From: a virus
DNA length: 64,000 bases
Reading direction: 5' to 3' (one strand)
Virus record (IMG/VR): IMGVR_UViG_3300042317_000390
Coordinates: 32,001 to 96,000 of that record
Below are positions 17,041-29,024 of this stretch, piece after piece (within the stretch, counting starts at the first letter, position 1; the number at the start of each line of letters is the position of its first letter). The notes below the pieces were generated by a model. The model was not told where the DNA came from, did no database searches, and saw nothing but the letters and a program-made list of their open reading frames with translations. Both the position numbers and the translations under genes were made by a program.

Positions 17041-18184
17041 ATGACTAACTGGAGATATACACTTCATATCAAGGATGCGTTCGTTGATAACGCCGATGAG
17101 CTTAACGAAGAGCAGGTCATTGCGTTAGCACAGACGCTAACAGGTCGCCTTAAAGCATTCGTATCTAAACTCAGTGCTAACGCTGACTTGCGTTATGAGA
17201 TAGAGGACGTAGCTTGGGAAATGTCTAACTGCACTACAGTTGAAGAGATTGACGAGGCTCTATATCTCATGTATGATGTATGCGACGCTAATCGTGTCTG
17301 GGTTAAGTAGGAGACGGTCATGATTAAGACTACCAGAGAGCAGCGACTAGCTATTCATCGTCTATGGTTACGTGCTCGTGATCCTAGCCAGAACTTACCG
17401 ACATCAGCTACATACCGTCAATTTCGTCGTCGCATTCATGCTGGTTACGACTGTATTATGATTAATATATGGGGTATGTGGATCGGTATTGAGAAAGACG
17501 GATACACTCATTCTTAGGAGACTGCTATGACTATGCCTGCCGGTGAATATTATATTGGCGACCTATGTTACGTTATGCATGACGAGTGGGACGAGGTTTG
17601 TGGTTTTATTTGTGATCATGAACGTGGTTCTGCTATCGAAGGCGAGTTCACTCTTAAGGATGGTCGTCGCTTCGCTGTATATAACACTGCCTACGGTGAC
17701 GGTGTATATTATGATCAACACGATAACGATTATGGCGTCGATGCCGGTGTTATCGGTTGTATTCGCACGGCAGATATATCCGAATCAGATAAGGAAAATA
17801 TTCCTGACGGTCACGTTCATCTGTTCGAGAAAGAGTTTCCCACCTATACCGATGGCGGCAAATTGTATTTCGGTGATGTAGTTATTGATACCGACCCTGA
17901 CTATGAGGAGGAATACGATGACGAAGCCTAAGACATATGAGAACCTCTCATCTATCACCAAGATCAAGCGTCGTAATGCGGCTTTAGCTGATCCTAAAGA
18001 AACAACTAGTCGTATCAACAACATCGTCGCTCGTGCTACGTTTAACAATCCTGTTAGTGTATTAGCACTAGGTAAATGCTCTGAGTTTGCTCGTCATTGC
18101 CTCATGCTAGGCGCTTCCGATGACGATGCTATTCAAGCAACTCACAAGTATATTCAACAACTCAACGGCGTTCAGGTAGGCTAA
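17041..18184 (+). CDS. Four small hypothetical early ORFs (17041-17310, 17320-17517, 17527-17931, ~17918-18184)
   Basis: ORFs with GGAG RBSs; 17527 has the common YYIGD.CY..TAYGDG.Y..VDAG.IG motif. Confidence 0.65.
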
Positions 18185-18186
18185 TC

Positions 18187-18906
18187 ATGTTTAAGAACCA
18201 GAAACTGACAGAATCTCAAGTCATAGAGATTATGAAGAATGAAACCGATAGCGTCTCTGAGATAGCAAACCAATATGGCGTTCACCGAGAGACTATTCGC
18301 AAGATATTCAACGGATCGTGTTGGGGTCATCTTAAATATCATATGGCGGGACATGATCGTAATAAAGCGAAACATAGAAAACTAAAAGAACACGAAGTCA
18401 TTGAGATATTACAGAACGTAGATATGAGTTGCGCTCAATTAGCCGCTCGTTATCATGTTCACGAAGATACCATTCGTTGCATTATAAAAGGCACTCGTTG
18501 GAATCGTTTACATCACCTCAAGAATCCAAACAGACCCAATGATTGGACTCGCCGTAAACTAACTGAAGATGTAGTTAGAGCTATCAAGAACTTTGAGGTT
18601 GATGACTTCGATGCTCTTGCTAAGGAATACGGAGTGTCTGTTAGATACCTAAAACAGTTTCGCAATCCAAACTTCCTTTGTGGTTGGAAATACATTCCAG
18701 TCAAGGGATATGAGGATGTGAACAACCTTCCACCCAAAAAGACAAATAAACTAAGCAAGAGCGATGTTATTGCTATCTATACAAACAGAACAACTAAACC
18801 AACTATTCTTGCTAGGAAATATAATGTATGCCCATCAACTATCTATGATATTCTTTCCGGCAAGAAAAGAACAGACATCACGTCTAATATACAACTAGAA
18901 TGTTAG
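18187..18906 (+). CDS. Protein with four tandem HTH repeats (HNH-endonuclease C-terminal type), no nuclease domain
   Basis: Four copies of KL(T/K/S)..V..I..(L/I)A..Y.V...TI..I..G. Confidence 0.75.
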   Translation: MFKNQKLTESQVIEIMKNETDSVSEIANQYGVHRETIRKIFNGSCWGHLKYHMAGHDRNKAKHRKLKEHEVIEILQNVDMSCAQLAARYHVHEDTIRCIIKGTRWNRLHHLKNPNRPNDWTRRKLTEDVVRAIKNFEVDDFDALAKEYGVSVRYLKQFRNPNFLCGWKYIPVKGYEDVNNLPPKKTNKLSKSDVIAIYTNRTTKPTILARKYNVCPSTIYDILSGKKRTDITSNIQLEC

Positions 18907-18930
18907 ACCTGTATTCTTTATTATAATAAA
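18896..18930 (+). promoter_or_regulatory. Early promoter
   Basis: TAGAAT-N17-TATTAT; palindrome TTTATTATAATAAA. Confidence 0.7.
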
Positions 18931-18952
18931 ATCGAAACGGTAGGAGTTTGAG

Positions 18953-21842
18953 ATGATAGACACATTCACGCTCTGGGTAATGTGGTCTGATGACGGCGTC
19001 AATCACAGTGATCACTTTAGTAGTTTATCTCGTGTAGCGTTGAAGCGTTATCTCGATCATTTCCTATCCACTCGTAAAGTCAAGTCTTATGAAGTCTATG
19101 AGTGGTCTGCTAAGACTGGTAATAGGTTGGGCGGACATGGCATGTCGGAGTATACACGATGAAGAACTATACTGCTATGACTGACGAAGAACTAACAGCT
19201 GAATTCTATCGTCTATGGCGTCAAGTCATGTATTATATGGCCGCTGAAGGCAACTGGTCGTCTGAGGCCAAAGAGCGTGGTGAAGCTAAAAAAGAGTATG
19301 CGGACGTTGAAGAAGAAATGCGCAAGCGTGGTCTTTCTGCTGAGACTACATTTTAGGAGAGTAACATGTATGATGACGACACTCAGGACTTCGCTTTCGC
19401 AGCGACTATGATCTTCCTTGCCATCGGAGTGTTACTCTGTGGGCAACTTAACTGAGGGTAGTAACATGTATATCGTATCTTATTATATGGTTGACCGTGC
19501 TTATGGTGGCCCTGAAGAGGGCGGTTGGTGGTTTGACTACGGTATTCCTGAGCCGCAGCTTGATCGGTTCGCTCGTGGTTTCTCAACGGAGGGTGAAGCA
19601 TATGAATACGCTCGTCGTCTCAATCGTCATGTCTCTCCTATTCTCAACGAAGATCGCAGAGAGGTATCGTCAGTCCTTAGTGATGGTATCTATCAGGCGG
19701 AAGTGAGCGAGGGTTATCCTCGTGCATACCCGGAACGCACTCCGCACTACTGCTAAGGAGAGTAACATGGACGACCGTGTTAAAGAGATCGTCTGGGCGG
19801 AAGGTCACTACGCCTACAAGGATTTAGTCAACCTAATTGATAATCCATATGACGGCGTCAACGAAACATTAAAGCGTATATGGTATGACGCTTGGTGGGA
19901 CGCCTTCTATGAGGATCAATAATAACATCTAGAATGTTACTCCTGTATTCTATATTATTAGATTATAGAGAAGGAGACGATCATGTGGAATGTCTACTCT
20001 GAACGAGAAAACGGGCAAATTGTATTAGAAGCTGAAGATTGCGGCTCTGAGGAACTTGCGTGGGATGTCGTGGAGTATATGAATCACACTGAGAATTGTC
20101 CCTATCCTCTATGGGTAGAATTCAAGGGAGTCGTCAATGTGGTATCTTGAAGAGACTCGTGGGCCAATCGTCCTATTATTCAAGACTCACGCTGAAGTAT
20201 TAGCTGCCTATGCTAAGTGCACGCCTGACTTCGATGGCGTCATTCCGTGGGTTATCAAGTTCAGCCCTAATGGAGAACTGCCATGAAAGGTCGTCGCATG
20301 CGTGGCTCTGTAGGTTCCGCTACAGTCTGCACTAACCTATTAGGTATGGATGTAGTTATTGAGTTCGACTATGAGATCACCTGCGAGGCGATCCCTCAGT
20401 CATATGACGAACCATCCTCTCCTATGGAATACGAAACATTCTTTACGGGATTATATGAAGATAAACCTGGCGTCGATTATAAGCCCAAGGATTATCTTGA
20501 GACTCCCGCTTGGCTTGTAACTCTGCTAGATGAATACTTAAGCGAGAGTGACCGAGTTTATGATGAGATCGTGAAAGATTTATCGGAGTATTAATCATGA
20601 CTATTAACATTAGAGGTTCTATCAAATGCGTAAGTGTCGCCTATTTAGAGCGTGATATAGCTGTAGGCGGATTAACATGGGCGGTATATAATAGAATAAC
20701 AGGTCATATCGTGGCTCTCCTTCATTCAGAAGGCATAGCTAGGCGCTTAGCAGTATCAATGAATAGTGCTGATAGCTGCTATACTGACGGCTATGATTGC
20801 TGTGAATTATGGAGAGATAAATGAACGAAGAAGAAAAGAAAGCAGCCAAGATAGCAGCTATGGAATTGCTATTACAGCAGGGCTATATCTCACTGGCTAA
20901 GTTCATCGAACTAATCAGGAACTTGAAGAAATGATCGTATATGTCTGCTACTCCGATGAAGGCGTTCTGCGCGTGTTCTCTGATAAGATTAAAACTGAGG
21001 ACTATGCTGTTCATATGTATGAATTGGGCGGCTATGTTCAGGTGAGAAGAGCAGAGGTGGAGGAATAGTCATGGGAACTAATATCAATGACTATCTCGTA
21101 TATGGTCGTAAGGTCTTATGGGATAACGAGTTCATGGACGCCTATGAGAAAAACTGGGACGATCATATTATAAATGTTATAGCTGACGGTATGAGCGGTG
21201 AGTATATCGTTATTGGCCCTATTATTTGGGAGTCATATAATCATCGTTGGGATGGAGACTCTAATACTTCATTCTCAGATATTGATGTGTTTAATCTGCC
21301 TAAATTAGAAGCTGAATATAAACAAATGTTTCGTGAGGAATATCCTGAGTATAGTCACTGGGTAGATCAACCATTCACTCTTTTTGCCTTTACTCACTAT
21401 TCATAGGAGATATCCATGGAAAGGTTCGACACGGAAAAATTCTATTGTTTAGCCTATAATGGCGATCTAGTTGATATCGGTTATCATGATAGCTGGGAAG
21501 AAGCTAATCGCTATGCGGAAGATGATCTAGCACTACAGCCAATATGGGTATTCGGTGAGGAGTCAGCTAATCAGTGGCGCTCCGTATTAAACCAGTAGAC
21601 TGACGCTCGTGTTTTCTTTATAATAATAAAATCAAATAAGGGGGAGAACAATCATGACCCGCAAGATTTTAATTGAAAAGAACGGTGATTATTACAGAGT
21701 CATCGGCGCTGTATATAATAATGAAGAACTCATCCGTGCTGAGGAAATCGTTGAGTCTCTTGTTCTATGGGATGCTAAGCGAGTATTCTTCCTGCTACTT
21801 CCTCATTGGAAACACGTAGAGACTATTAAGACATATCACTAA
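18953..21842 (+). CDS. Run of about 12 small hypothetical early ORFs
   Basis: Consecutive ORFs with GGAG RBSs (e.g. 18953, 19159, 19467, 19767, 20283, 20597, 21071, 21416, 21654). Confidence 0.6.
19930..19969 (+). promoter_or_regulatory. Early promoter with dyad
   Basis: TAGAAT-N17-TATTAT; TCTATA-N9-TATAGA. Confidence 0.7.
21596..21630 (+). promoter_or_regulatory. Early promoter
   Basis: TAGACT-N17-TATAAT. Confidence 0.7.
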
Positions 21843-21921
21843 TTCCTACAATGAGCTTCGTGCAGTCACAGTAGGCGCATAACAGACTATAGGTCGATGG
21901 CTCGAATATATCTGTTAGATT

Positions 21922-21959
21922 AAAGAAAGTGGATCACCAACGGTTCACTTTCTTTTTTT
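21922..21959 (+). terminator. Rho-independent terminator ending the early run
   Basis: AAAGAAAGTGGA/TTCACTTTCTTT plus T-tract. Confidence 0.75.
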
Positions 21960-21968
21960 ATTTTATCC

Positions 21969-22062
21969 CTACCAACCTCAAGACCAACTCCATGACCAAC
22001 ATCATGACCTACGCGTGGACCAACATCATGACCAACATCATGACCAACATTGCGACCTAATA
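21969..22062. repeat. Eight degenerate 12-bp tandem repeats (consensus TGACCAACATCA)
   Basis: ACC cores at 21971, 21983, 21995, 22007, 22019, 22031, 22043, 22055 (exact 12-bp period). Confidence 0.9.
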
Positions 22063-22360
22063 TGTATACTTAATAGCCCATAATATACTACATGAGGGAA
22101 TAGTATAGATGTATATGGGGAATAACATACATGCTTCGTAGCGTAGTGTATATGCATAGGCGCGTGGATAGGAATAGTGTAGGAATAGTGGATAGCTTCG
22201 CAAGAGTATACAGTGAGATAATTAATGATATTTTAGTGATATTCACGGTGATTTTTAGTGGAATAAAAAATGGCGAAATCTAAATGACTCCGTGGTTGTC
22301 TTTGCGTGGTTCACTGATATTTTCACGAAGACATCCAGAGTTTCACTATGCAATACACGA

Positions 22361-22494
22361 TGCATTTCACTATTAGTTTCAGTGAATTAATCATGTTTGC
22401 ATTCATGGAGAAATCTCATGATTCAATCCATATGTAATGCTCATGAATACAAGCCATGGCGCACAGTGCATTTCACTATTATTCTCAGTGAATT
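22361..22494. repeat. Two 28-bp direct repeats, each with an internal TTCACT-N9-AGTGAA dyad
   Basis: 22361-22388 and 22467-22494, 26/28 identical. Confidence 0.85.
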
Positions 22495-22672
22495 CATAGT
22501 GTGTTATGGTGCAGTCTCAGCTCTCTCTTATATAATAGATTATGCATGGCTCAGTTGAAGCTAGTTTAAAAAGATTCCGAACAACGAAAAAAAGAGTTTA
22601 CTTGGGGCGATGTTAGGACTAATCTCTAACTATCGGCGAAACGGTTCGCTGGTCTTAACTGGAGTAGGTAAT

Positions 22673-23185
22673 ATGGAAAATATCGCTTTTGCCCCCGTGT
22701 CGTTTGCTGACTTCTCTGCGGCTGTTGTTGCGGCTGGTTATACGCCGGTTCAGTATAGCGGCACTGGTTATTATGTTAAGGCGAAAAACGGCATTCGTGT
22801 CGAATTTCAGAACACTAAGGGCGGCCAGTTTGGCGTTGGTTACACTAACCCGGTCAATAAGGTTGCGGCTGTGTTCGATGCGCTCCAGGCTAATCCTGTG
22901 GACGGTCTGGTGTATATAAACCGCATTACCCGTTCTTTTAACTATCGCGCCACGGATGTCGCTGGCTTCTTGAAACTGGTGGACGCTGTCGGTGCCGTAA
23001 AACTGCCCGCTAGTGCCCGTGAAGTCAACGCTGCTACCCCTGTGGCGGCTAAGCCCCAGAAACCCGTCTATAAGGTTGCTGATGCCCGCCGCGTTGATCC
23101 GGCGTCGGATGCAGGCAAGGCCATCGCCAGTGACGCACTCGCTTCCATCGCGCTCATCGAATCCAAGACGAAGAAGCGGGCATAA
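22673..23185 (+). CDS. GC-richer, host-codon-like hypothetical protein with own promoter and terminator
   Basis: TTTACT-N17-TAATCT at 22597-22625, GGAG RBS, Ala/Lys-rich tail. Confidence 0.8.
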   Translation: MENIAFAPVSFADFSAAVVAAGYTPVQYSGTGYYVKAKNGIRVEFQNTKGGQFGVGYTNPVNKVAAVFDALQANPVDGLVYINRITRSFNYRATDVAGFLKLVDAVGAVKLPASAREVNAATPVAAKPQKPVYKVADARRVDPASDAGKAIASDALASIALIESKTKKRA

Positions 23186-23200
23186 CATAGGCTTAACCAT

Positions 23201-23229
23201 AAGGGCGGGGTTCATCCCCGCCTTTTTTT
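23201..23229 (+). terminator. Strong Rho-independent terminator
   Basis: GGCGGGG/CCCCGCC plus T7. Confidence 0.9.
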
Positions 23230-23240
23230 GGCCTTAATGC

Positions 23241-23255
23241 GTTCTCGTTTCGTTC
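23241..23255. promoter_or_regulatory. Alphaproteobacterial LexA-box-like site
   Basis: GTTC-tcgtttc-GTTC (GTTC-N7-GTTC). Confidence 0.5.
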
Positions 23256-23443
23256 TTATGCTTAAGCTGAGCCATTGGTGACCCACCCCCACACATTTAA
23301 GGATTCATGGTGAAGCTCACGGTTCCATCGCCCTTTAGCCACCATGGTTCACAGAGAGTCACTAATTCTCACAGAAACCCATACCCCCTCCCCCCACTTT
23401 TATATACGGAAACGCACTATTTAAATTTTTTTGCGCTAAAATT

Positions 23444-26400
23444 TTACTCCTTATAAACATCACTGTTCGGAGTGCTTTCACCACTGGATTTATTGTTTTG
23501 CGTTTCATCTTTCTTTATTATCTCCAAATTGTGTAAATCTATAATGAGTTGGATCATTTGTAGTTTTTGACGATCTGCACCAAGACCACGCCAGGTCTCA
23601 CTCTTTTCTTTTGCATAAATAAGGCGAATAAGGATTTCTTTTTCCTTATTGATATACTCAATTTGTTTTGATGACAGTTTCATTACCGAGCCTCCACGTT
23701 GAACTTCTTCTTGAGTCTTTCAAACTCTTCACGATCACGCTTTTCTGTCATCTCCCTATAGTATTCTTCTTGTACTATTCTCTTATTATATTCATCATCA
23801 GTTTCTAGACGTTCTGCTTTCAATACGATATGTCTGCCAAAACCATCGAAATCATCTTGAAATTCAAACATAGCATTAGAGCCATATTCTTTTTTCCAAG
23901 AGTCAATTTGATTACTAAAACTCTCAAGAGTTGCATAATCCATATCAACGTAAGTCTCAACAATATCCCATACTTTATTCTTAGACATCTTAGCTCTCCT
24001 ATAGCTTAATATACTCTATATAATTCTCTCTCATAAATACTCTATCTTCTGAGAGCATATGAATAATTGTGCCCATTATATCATATTCACGTTTATATTC
24101 TTTTAACTGACGCAGTTCATAGAGCTTCATATAGAGCTTACCAACAGTTTCCTCTATTTCTATCTCTAGCTGTTCAGCGGATTTCATAGTTCATTCCCAT
24201 AGGTCATAACTCTAATCAGGCGATATCTCTCTGTCTTAGCCTTTTCTTCGGTATCAAATTCCATATTAAGATTAGCCTCCATATTGGATAATACTACAGT
24301 AAAATAGTATTTCTCATTTGTATTATTATAGCAGATTTTCCCTACTAATACAATATAGTCTGTGTTAAGAGCTACACCGCTTTCGGTTTCAAATACGCTC
24401 ATAATGCAAACTCCACAAGCTTTACTATCTTCACAGCTAGTTCATTAAAATTCTTCACATACAGATCTTCACCATACTCATTATGAATAATAGCGTCCTT
24501 GTATATAATATCTTCTATTTTCTCTATGAGATCTTTTCTTTGATTGTTTTTATAATTATCAACATATTCCATACCTTTACGAACGCCTTCCTGTATAGCT
24601 ATCATTCTTAATGCTATACATACATCTGGTCTAATATTGACTATCATCTTTACCCTCCAATAGATTCTTACAGAGTTTCTTCCACCAGTCTCTTTGATTA
24701 TACGCCTTATCATGAGATAGTTCATGATAGTCATTAGCGATATATCGGACTAGCTTCATGTATTTGTTAGCCTCAGTGACTATAGTGTTAGCCATGCCTA
24801 TAGGATTACCGATATCAATCTCCATATCGGGACATAGTGTTGTTAATAGACCTATAGCCTGATAAAGCTCAGAAATTTCTTGTTCCTGAGATTTCATAAT
24901 ATCACTGTTTTGTTTAAACAGTTCCTTACTAGAAGCTACCATAGTCTGTAGTTCTTCGGTGAGAAACTGATATTCTCTTAGATCTTCCTCAAACTTACAA
25001 AGCTTATCACGAAAGTCCTCACGCTCTGCTATACACTCAGCATAATATGTATTGATCTTACTGAGTAGTTCCTCTAGTTCAGCGATACGAGTATCTTTTC
25101 GTTCCTCACGAGCGGACATTGCTGAGATTTCTAGAGCATGAACAAATCGAAGCTCATTAATCTCTATGCGTTGATTCTCATTATATTCCTCTAGTTCCTT
25201 CACTCTATTCTCTAGGAATATAATCTGTGAAGATGCGGGTGTGCCTCTAGTCATTCTTCTTCTCCAAGGCGGCGCGGAACGCTTGCGCTATTTCAGAACG
25301 AGGCATACCGTTTAATCGAAATGCTATCTCGCTGCCTTCGACCAATGCTTTGTCCCGTGCATCTTTCAGCGCCGCTTCAAGCTCCTCAATGCGGGCGGCT
25401 TGCTTCTCTAGCGGCGCTATAACATTTGGCCACGGGCGGTCACCGTAAAGCAGTGCTGCTGTCTCTTGAGCGCAGACATACATGTCAGACATAGCCCAGC
25501 GAGAACCTGTGTATTGATGACGTATTAAAGCGTCCCAGTTCTTTAGCGCTGCTTCCAACGCCGCATTACGGGCGCGTAAAAGAACCCTCGCCCGAATGCG
25601 GCTCTTTGAGTCGCGTTTTTTCATTTCTTCTCTCGCAAGTCGAGGTCTTCTTTAATAAGTGTGCTATAAGACTCTAGAATAGCACACCGCCATCTAAGAT
25701 TCTCATTCTCTTTCATTAGAGACTCATTCCCCTTATTAAGAAGATCCTTGAGTTTCTCAATCTCAGCGTTTAGCTCATTAATATGATTACGGCTGGCTAT
25801 AATGAGATCTCTCACTGCAGTGTGATTAGCTAGTTCTGGGTTGAATAAACCACCCATTACGAGATATTCACTGATTCTCTCAAGTACAGTCATTAGTTAA
25901 TATCCTTCAGAACACTAGGATCAATACAGGTATAGAGATGTTTTGTATGCTTACCTACTCTATAGGTTCTGTCTAGAAGTTCACCACCTGCTTGTTGACA
26001 CTTTAAAGTGCGTTCTTCTAGTGCCTTATCAGCACAATTTACTACATATACCATGAAACCAATAAAAACTAGTGTAAGAACAAGAATTGTCCCCATAAAC
26101 CATTTATCTTCATCATACATTATATTATCTCCTTTAGTCTACCAATTCACTAGACTTACCATAGAACACATTCTTCATTATATGAGCTGCATTTTCACCA
26201 ATAATCATTCTTTTTTCTTCAGGTAAGCTCACTACTTCTTTCTGTAGACTATCAAACCAATCATAGAAACCCACAGTCCAATACTTGTTATAAGGAAGTC
26301 TATATCTGGCGCATTGATGTTTTCGTGGGTAACGCCTTACCTTATGGTGCCACGTTGGGCGGCGACGTGCCTTCTTGCTCATGGATTCTTGCCTTTTCCT

Positions 26401-28093
26401 GATTCCATATTCTACGTTCATCAAAGTTAAGATAATATTCCAACACATGATCTACAGATCTAAGAAACTCATAGTCTGGATCTATTTTCTCTTCTGAGTT
26501 GTCAATCTTGTTGACTCCAGCGTTAAGTCTATAGGCTTCTTTGAGGGAATAGACTACCATAGTGTCTATCTGGTATTCCTCTAGGTTAACAACTACCTTC
26601 ATAGTGAGTCTCCGTGGTTCTCTTATGAAAAATTCCCGCTATTAGACTTGAGGATCTTGATGATCTTCCTGCAGTTATCTGCATTATAAACTGAAGCCCA
26701 ATACTCTTTGTCTTCATATGTGTTAGATGCTTTGTTAATAAAATGGTTTGCCATATCTTCTAGGAACTTGATGGCTTCATCCTTTGTCATCTACCACCTC
26801 TAGTTTATCTTTAATAACTTGCAATTTTACTACTGCTGTTTCCTTAAGATTAACATCAGTAGTTCCCCATTTCATATAATCTCTACCACCATCAACATAA
26901 GCTTCACCATATTCACGAAAGTCATGACGATAACGGGAGTATATAATATCTTCGCCAACTTGTAAAGCATCGAAAGGTTCAGTTGCTGAGATACCATTGG
27001 TGATCATAAAACGAGAACCATCATGATATAAAGCAAAGTAGTTTGAACCTTTCGGATGTGCTTCTTCTGTATAAAAGATAGCAGCTGGGAAGTTAGCCCA
27101 ACCATGCTTACCTTTAATACAAGACTCCATAACGAATGTAGCCTTATACATATTCTCAATTTTAGCGATACCATCAGGCTTTAGAAAGGTACACTCGTTA
27201 TGGATCTTCATTCGTCTATTTCTCCGTAATACCACGCATCCCAGGTGGCACCAATACATCTAATAAACCAATCAGGTCCAAATATGAGAACACCGATGGT
27301 TAGGATCACTCCCAGAAATGCTAATATCAACCGTGCTAGGATATTATATACGATCGTCATGTTAACCTTTCAGATACAAGTCACTAACTAGTTGGATTTT
27401 CATTTCTTCTTCCTTAATGGAGTCCTGTTCCAGAAAAGTTCAGAAGCTGGAATAAGAATATAACTGTAACCTCTCATACCCTTGGTTCTATGAAAACTCC
27501 TAATGAATTTCATATGCACCCATCGTCTTTCAAAGTGTGGTCTGTGCCAATATGTATTAGTTTCCCAATACATTTCATCAGCTAACTTGTTTGGGATTAG
27601 TAAATCCCGCATCATTTCGAAACCTTTCTGCAATCCATTTCACTAAAGTTAGGTAAATGTATCCACTCATAACCAGCGGAGATACAATCCTTCTGTCTCA
27701 TTGTAAACAGATAATTAGAGTATGATATTCCTGCCGTGATTGCACATGTAATTGTTACGGCACAAACACATAGAAACATAAAGAACTTATCGTCAACACT
27801 CATCTTAACTTCTCCGACAATCCTTGAATGATCTTATCACCATAGTCTATTTTGTTACGAATCCTCTCAAGATCACTAGTGCATCCACCGTAGTGTTCCA
27901 ACAGAAGATAAAAGGCATCTAGGGTCTGTGAATTCTTAGCAAACTCTTCTTCCCAGTGGTCTGGTATCTCTTTACCAACAAATTTCTTCTGATCGTTTCT
28001 ATAAGACCAGTAACATAGCTCATAACCCTCAAGAATCAGAGAAATCATAAGCGCATCAACAGCTTCGTATGTCAGATCTAACTTAACGCTCAT
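23444..28093 (-). CDS. Minus-strand run of about 15 small hypothetical ORFs, several coiled-coil
   Basis: Overlapping stop/start ORFs at 23444, 23683, 23999, 24184, 24399, 24631, 25247, 25621, 25893, 26134, 26342, 26777, 27400, 27612, 27800. Confidence 0.6.
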
Positions 28094-28157
28094 TTGTGTC
28101 TCCTATTCTTCTCTTATTATATACGAAAAAATAATTAAAGAAAGTGAAAAATAGTTC

Positions 28158-28186
28158 TTTACTTCATCGAATTGTAGTAGTATAAT
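28158..28186 (+). promoter_or_regulatory. Early/sigma70-like promoter at the divergence point
   Basis: TTTACT-N17-TATAAT. Confidence 0.7.
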
Positions 28187-28422
28187 ACTCCTGTGGTTCA
28201 TGAACATAGTGAAAACATCAATGACACATCACCAACTCACTAGTAAACAAGTATTGAGTCTTCTCACCAATGGTTCGTTCAAGGACAATGAGGCTCATGT
28301 AGATGGATACAAGATAGTTATAGACAACTCACGAATAAAAGTCTATAGTAATCTTAAAGGTAAACAGACCTTCAACGAGTTTTATATCAGTGAAATCATC
28401 TACTTTGATGGAGACGATCTAG

Positions 28423-28695
28423 ATGTCTAAGATAATCTACAAATATAAGATCACAGAATCCGAAGATGTTCAAGTTGAAATGCCGAAAGGCGCACAAATC
28501 CTACATGCGGATATCATGAGTAATGGTATGCATGTATGGGCTTTGGTAAATCCAAAGCATAAACTAAAGAAAAGAACATTTAGAGTAGTTGCCACCGGTC
28601 AAGAAATCTCCGATTATGATAAAAAACACTATCACTATATAAAGACAATGATTGACGGTATCTTCGTCTGGCATCTTTACGAACTAATAGAATAA
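28423..28695 (+). CDS. Conserved phage hypothetical protein (MPKGAQIL..VWALV.P..TGQ)
   Basis: Motif common in phages. Confidence 0.65.
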   Translation: MSKIIYKYKITESEDVQVEMPKGAQILHADIMSNGMHVWALVNPKHKLKKRTFRVVATGQEISDYDKKHYHYIKTMIDGIFVWHLYELIE

Positions 28696-29024
28696 AGGAG
28701 AAGGGAATATGGAGTCATTTCCATATTTTTTCATTTTGTTAGCACAAGTAGTGGGCATATTTGTGCTAATACTGATGCTTTTCAGCATCTTTTTCGGTGA
28801 AAAGTGAAAAATCCTCCAAAAAACACTAAGTAGGAGAGGAAATCATGGAAAAAACCACAGAAAATGACGAAAAAGAGCGAAAAGATCGTGAATTTATACT
28901 CATGATGGCTGAAGAAGTGTGGTTAAAGGTCAAAGGTTATCCTATACCTGACTGTTATTCTGAAAAAGACAGAATAGAAATATTCGCAAGGTATTGGCAC
29001 AGGGCATTAGAAAAGGAACAATAA

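Noticed and set aside
21845-21920. Possible self-cleaving ribozyme (two hairpins before the terminator)
   Set aside because: No hammerhead, twister, pistol or HDV core could be fitted by eye
21969-22062. Possible mini-CRISPR array
   Set aside because: 12-bp tandem units with no unique spacers; no cas genes in the window
23193-23200. CtrA-associated TTAACCAT motif
   Set aside because: Single short match after a stop codon, with no TTAA-N7-TTAA full site
22655-23215. 186-aa minus-strand ORF
   Set aside because: Shadow of the plus-strand gene, which has the promoter, RBS and terminator
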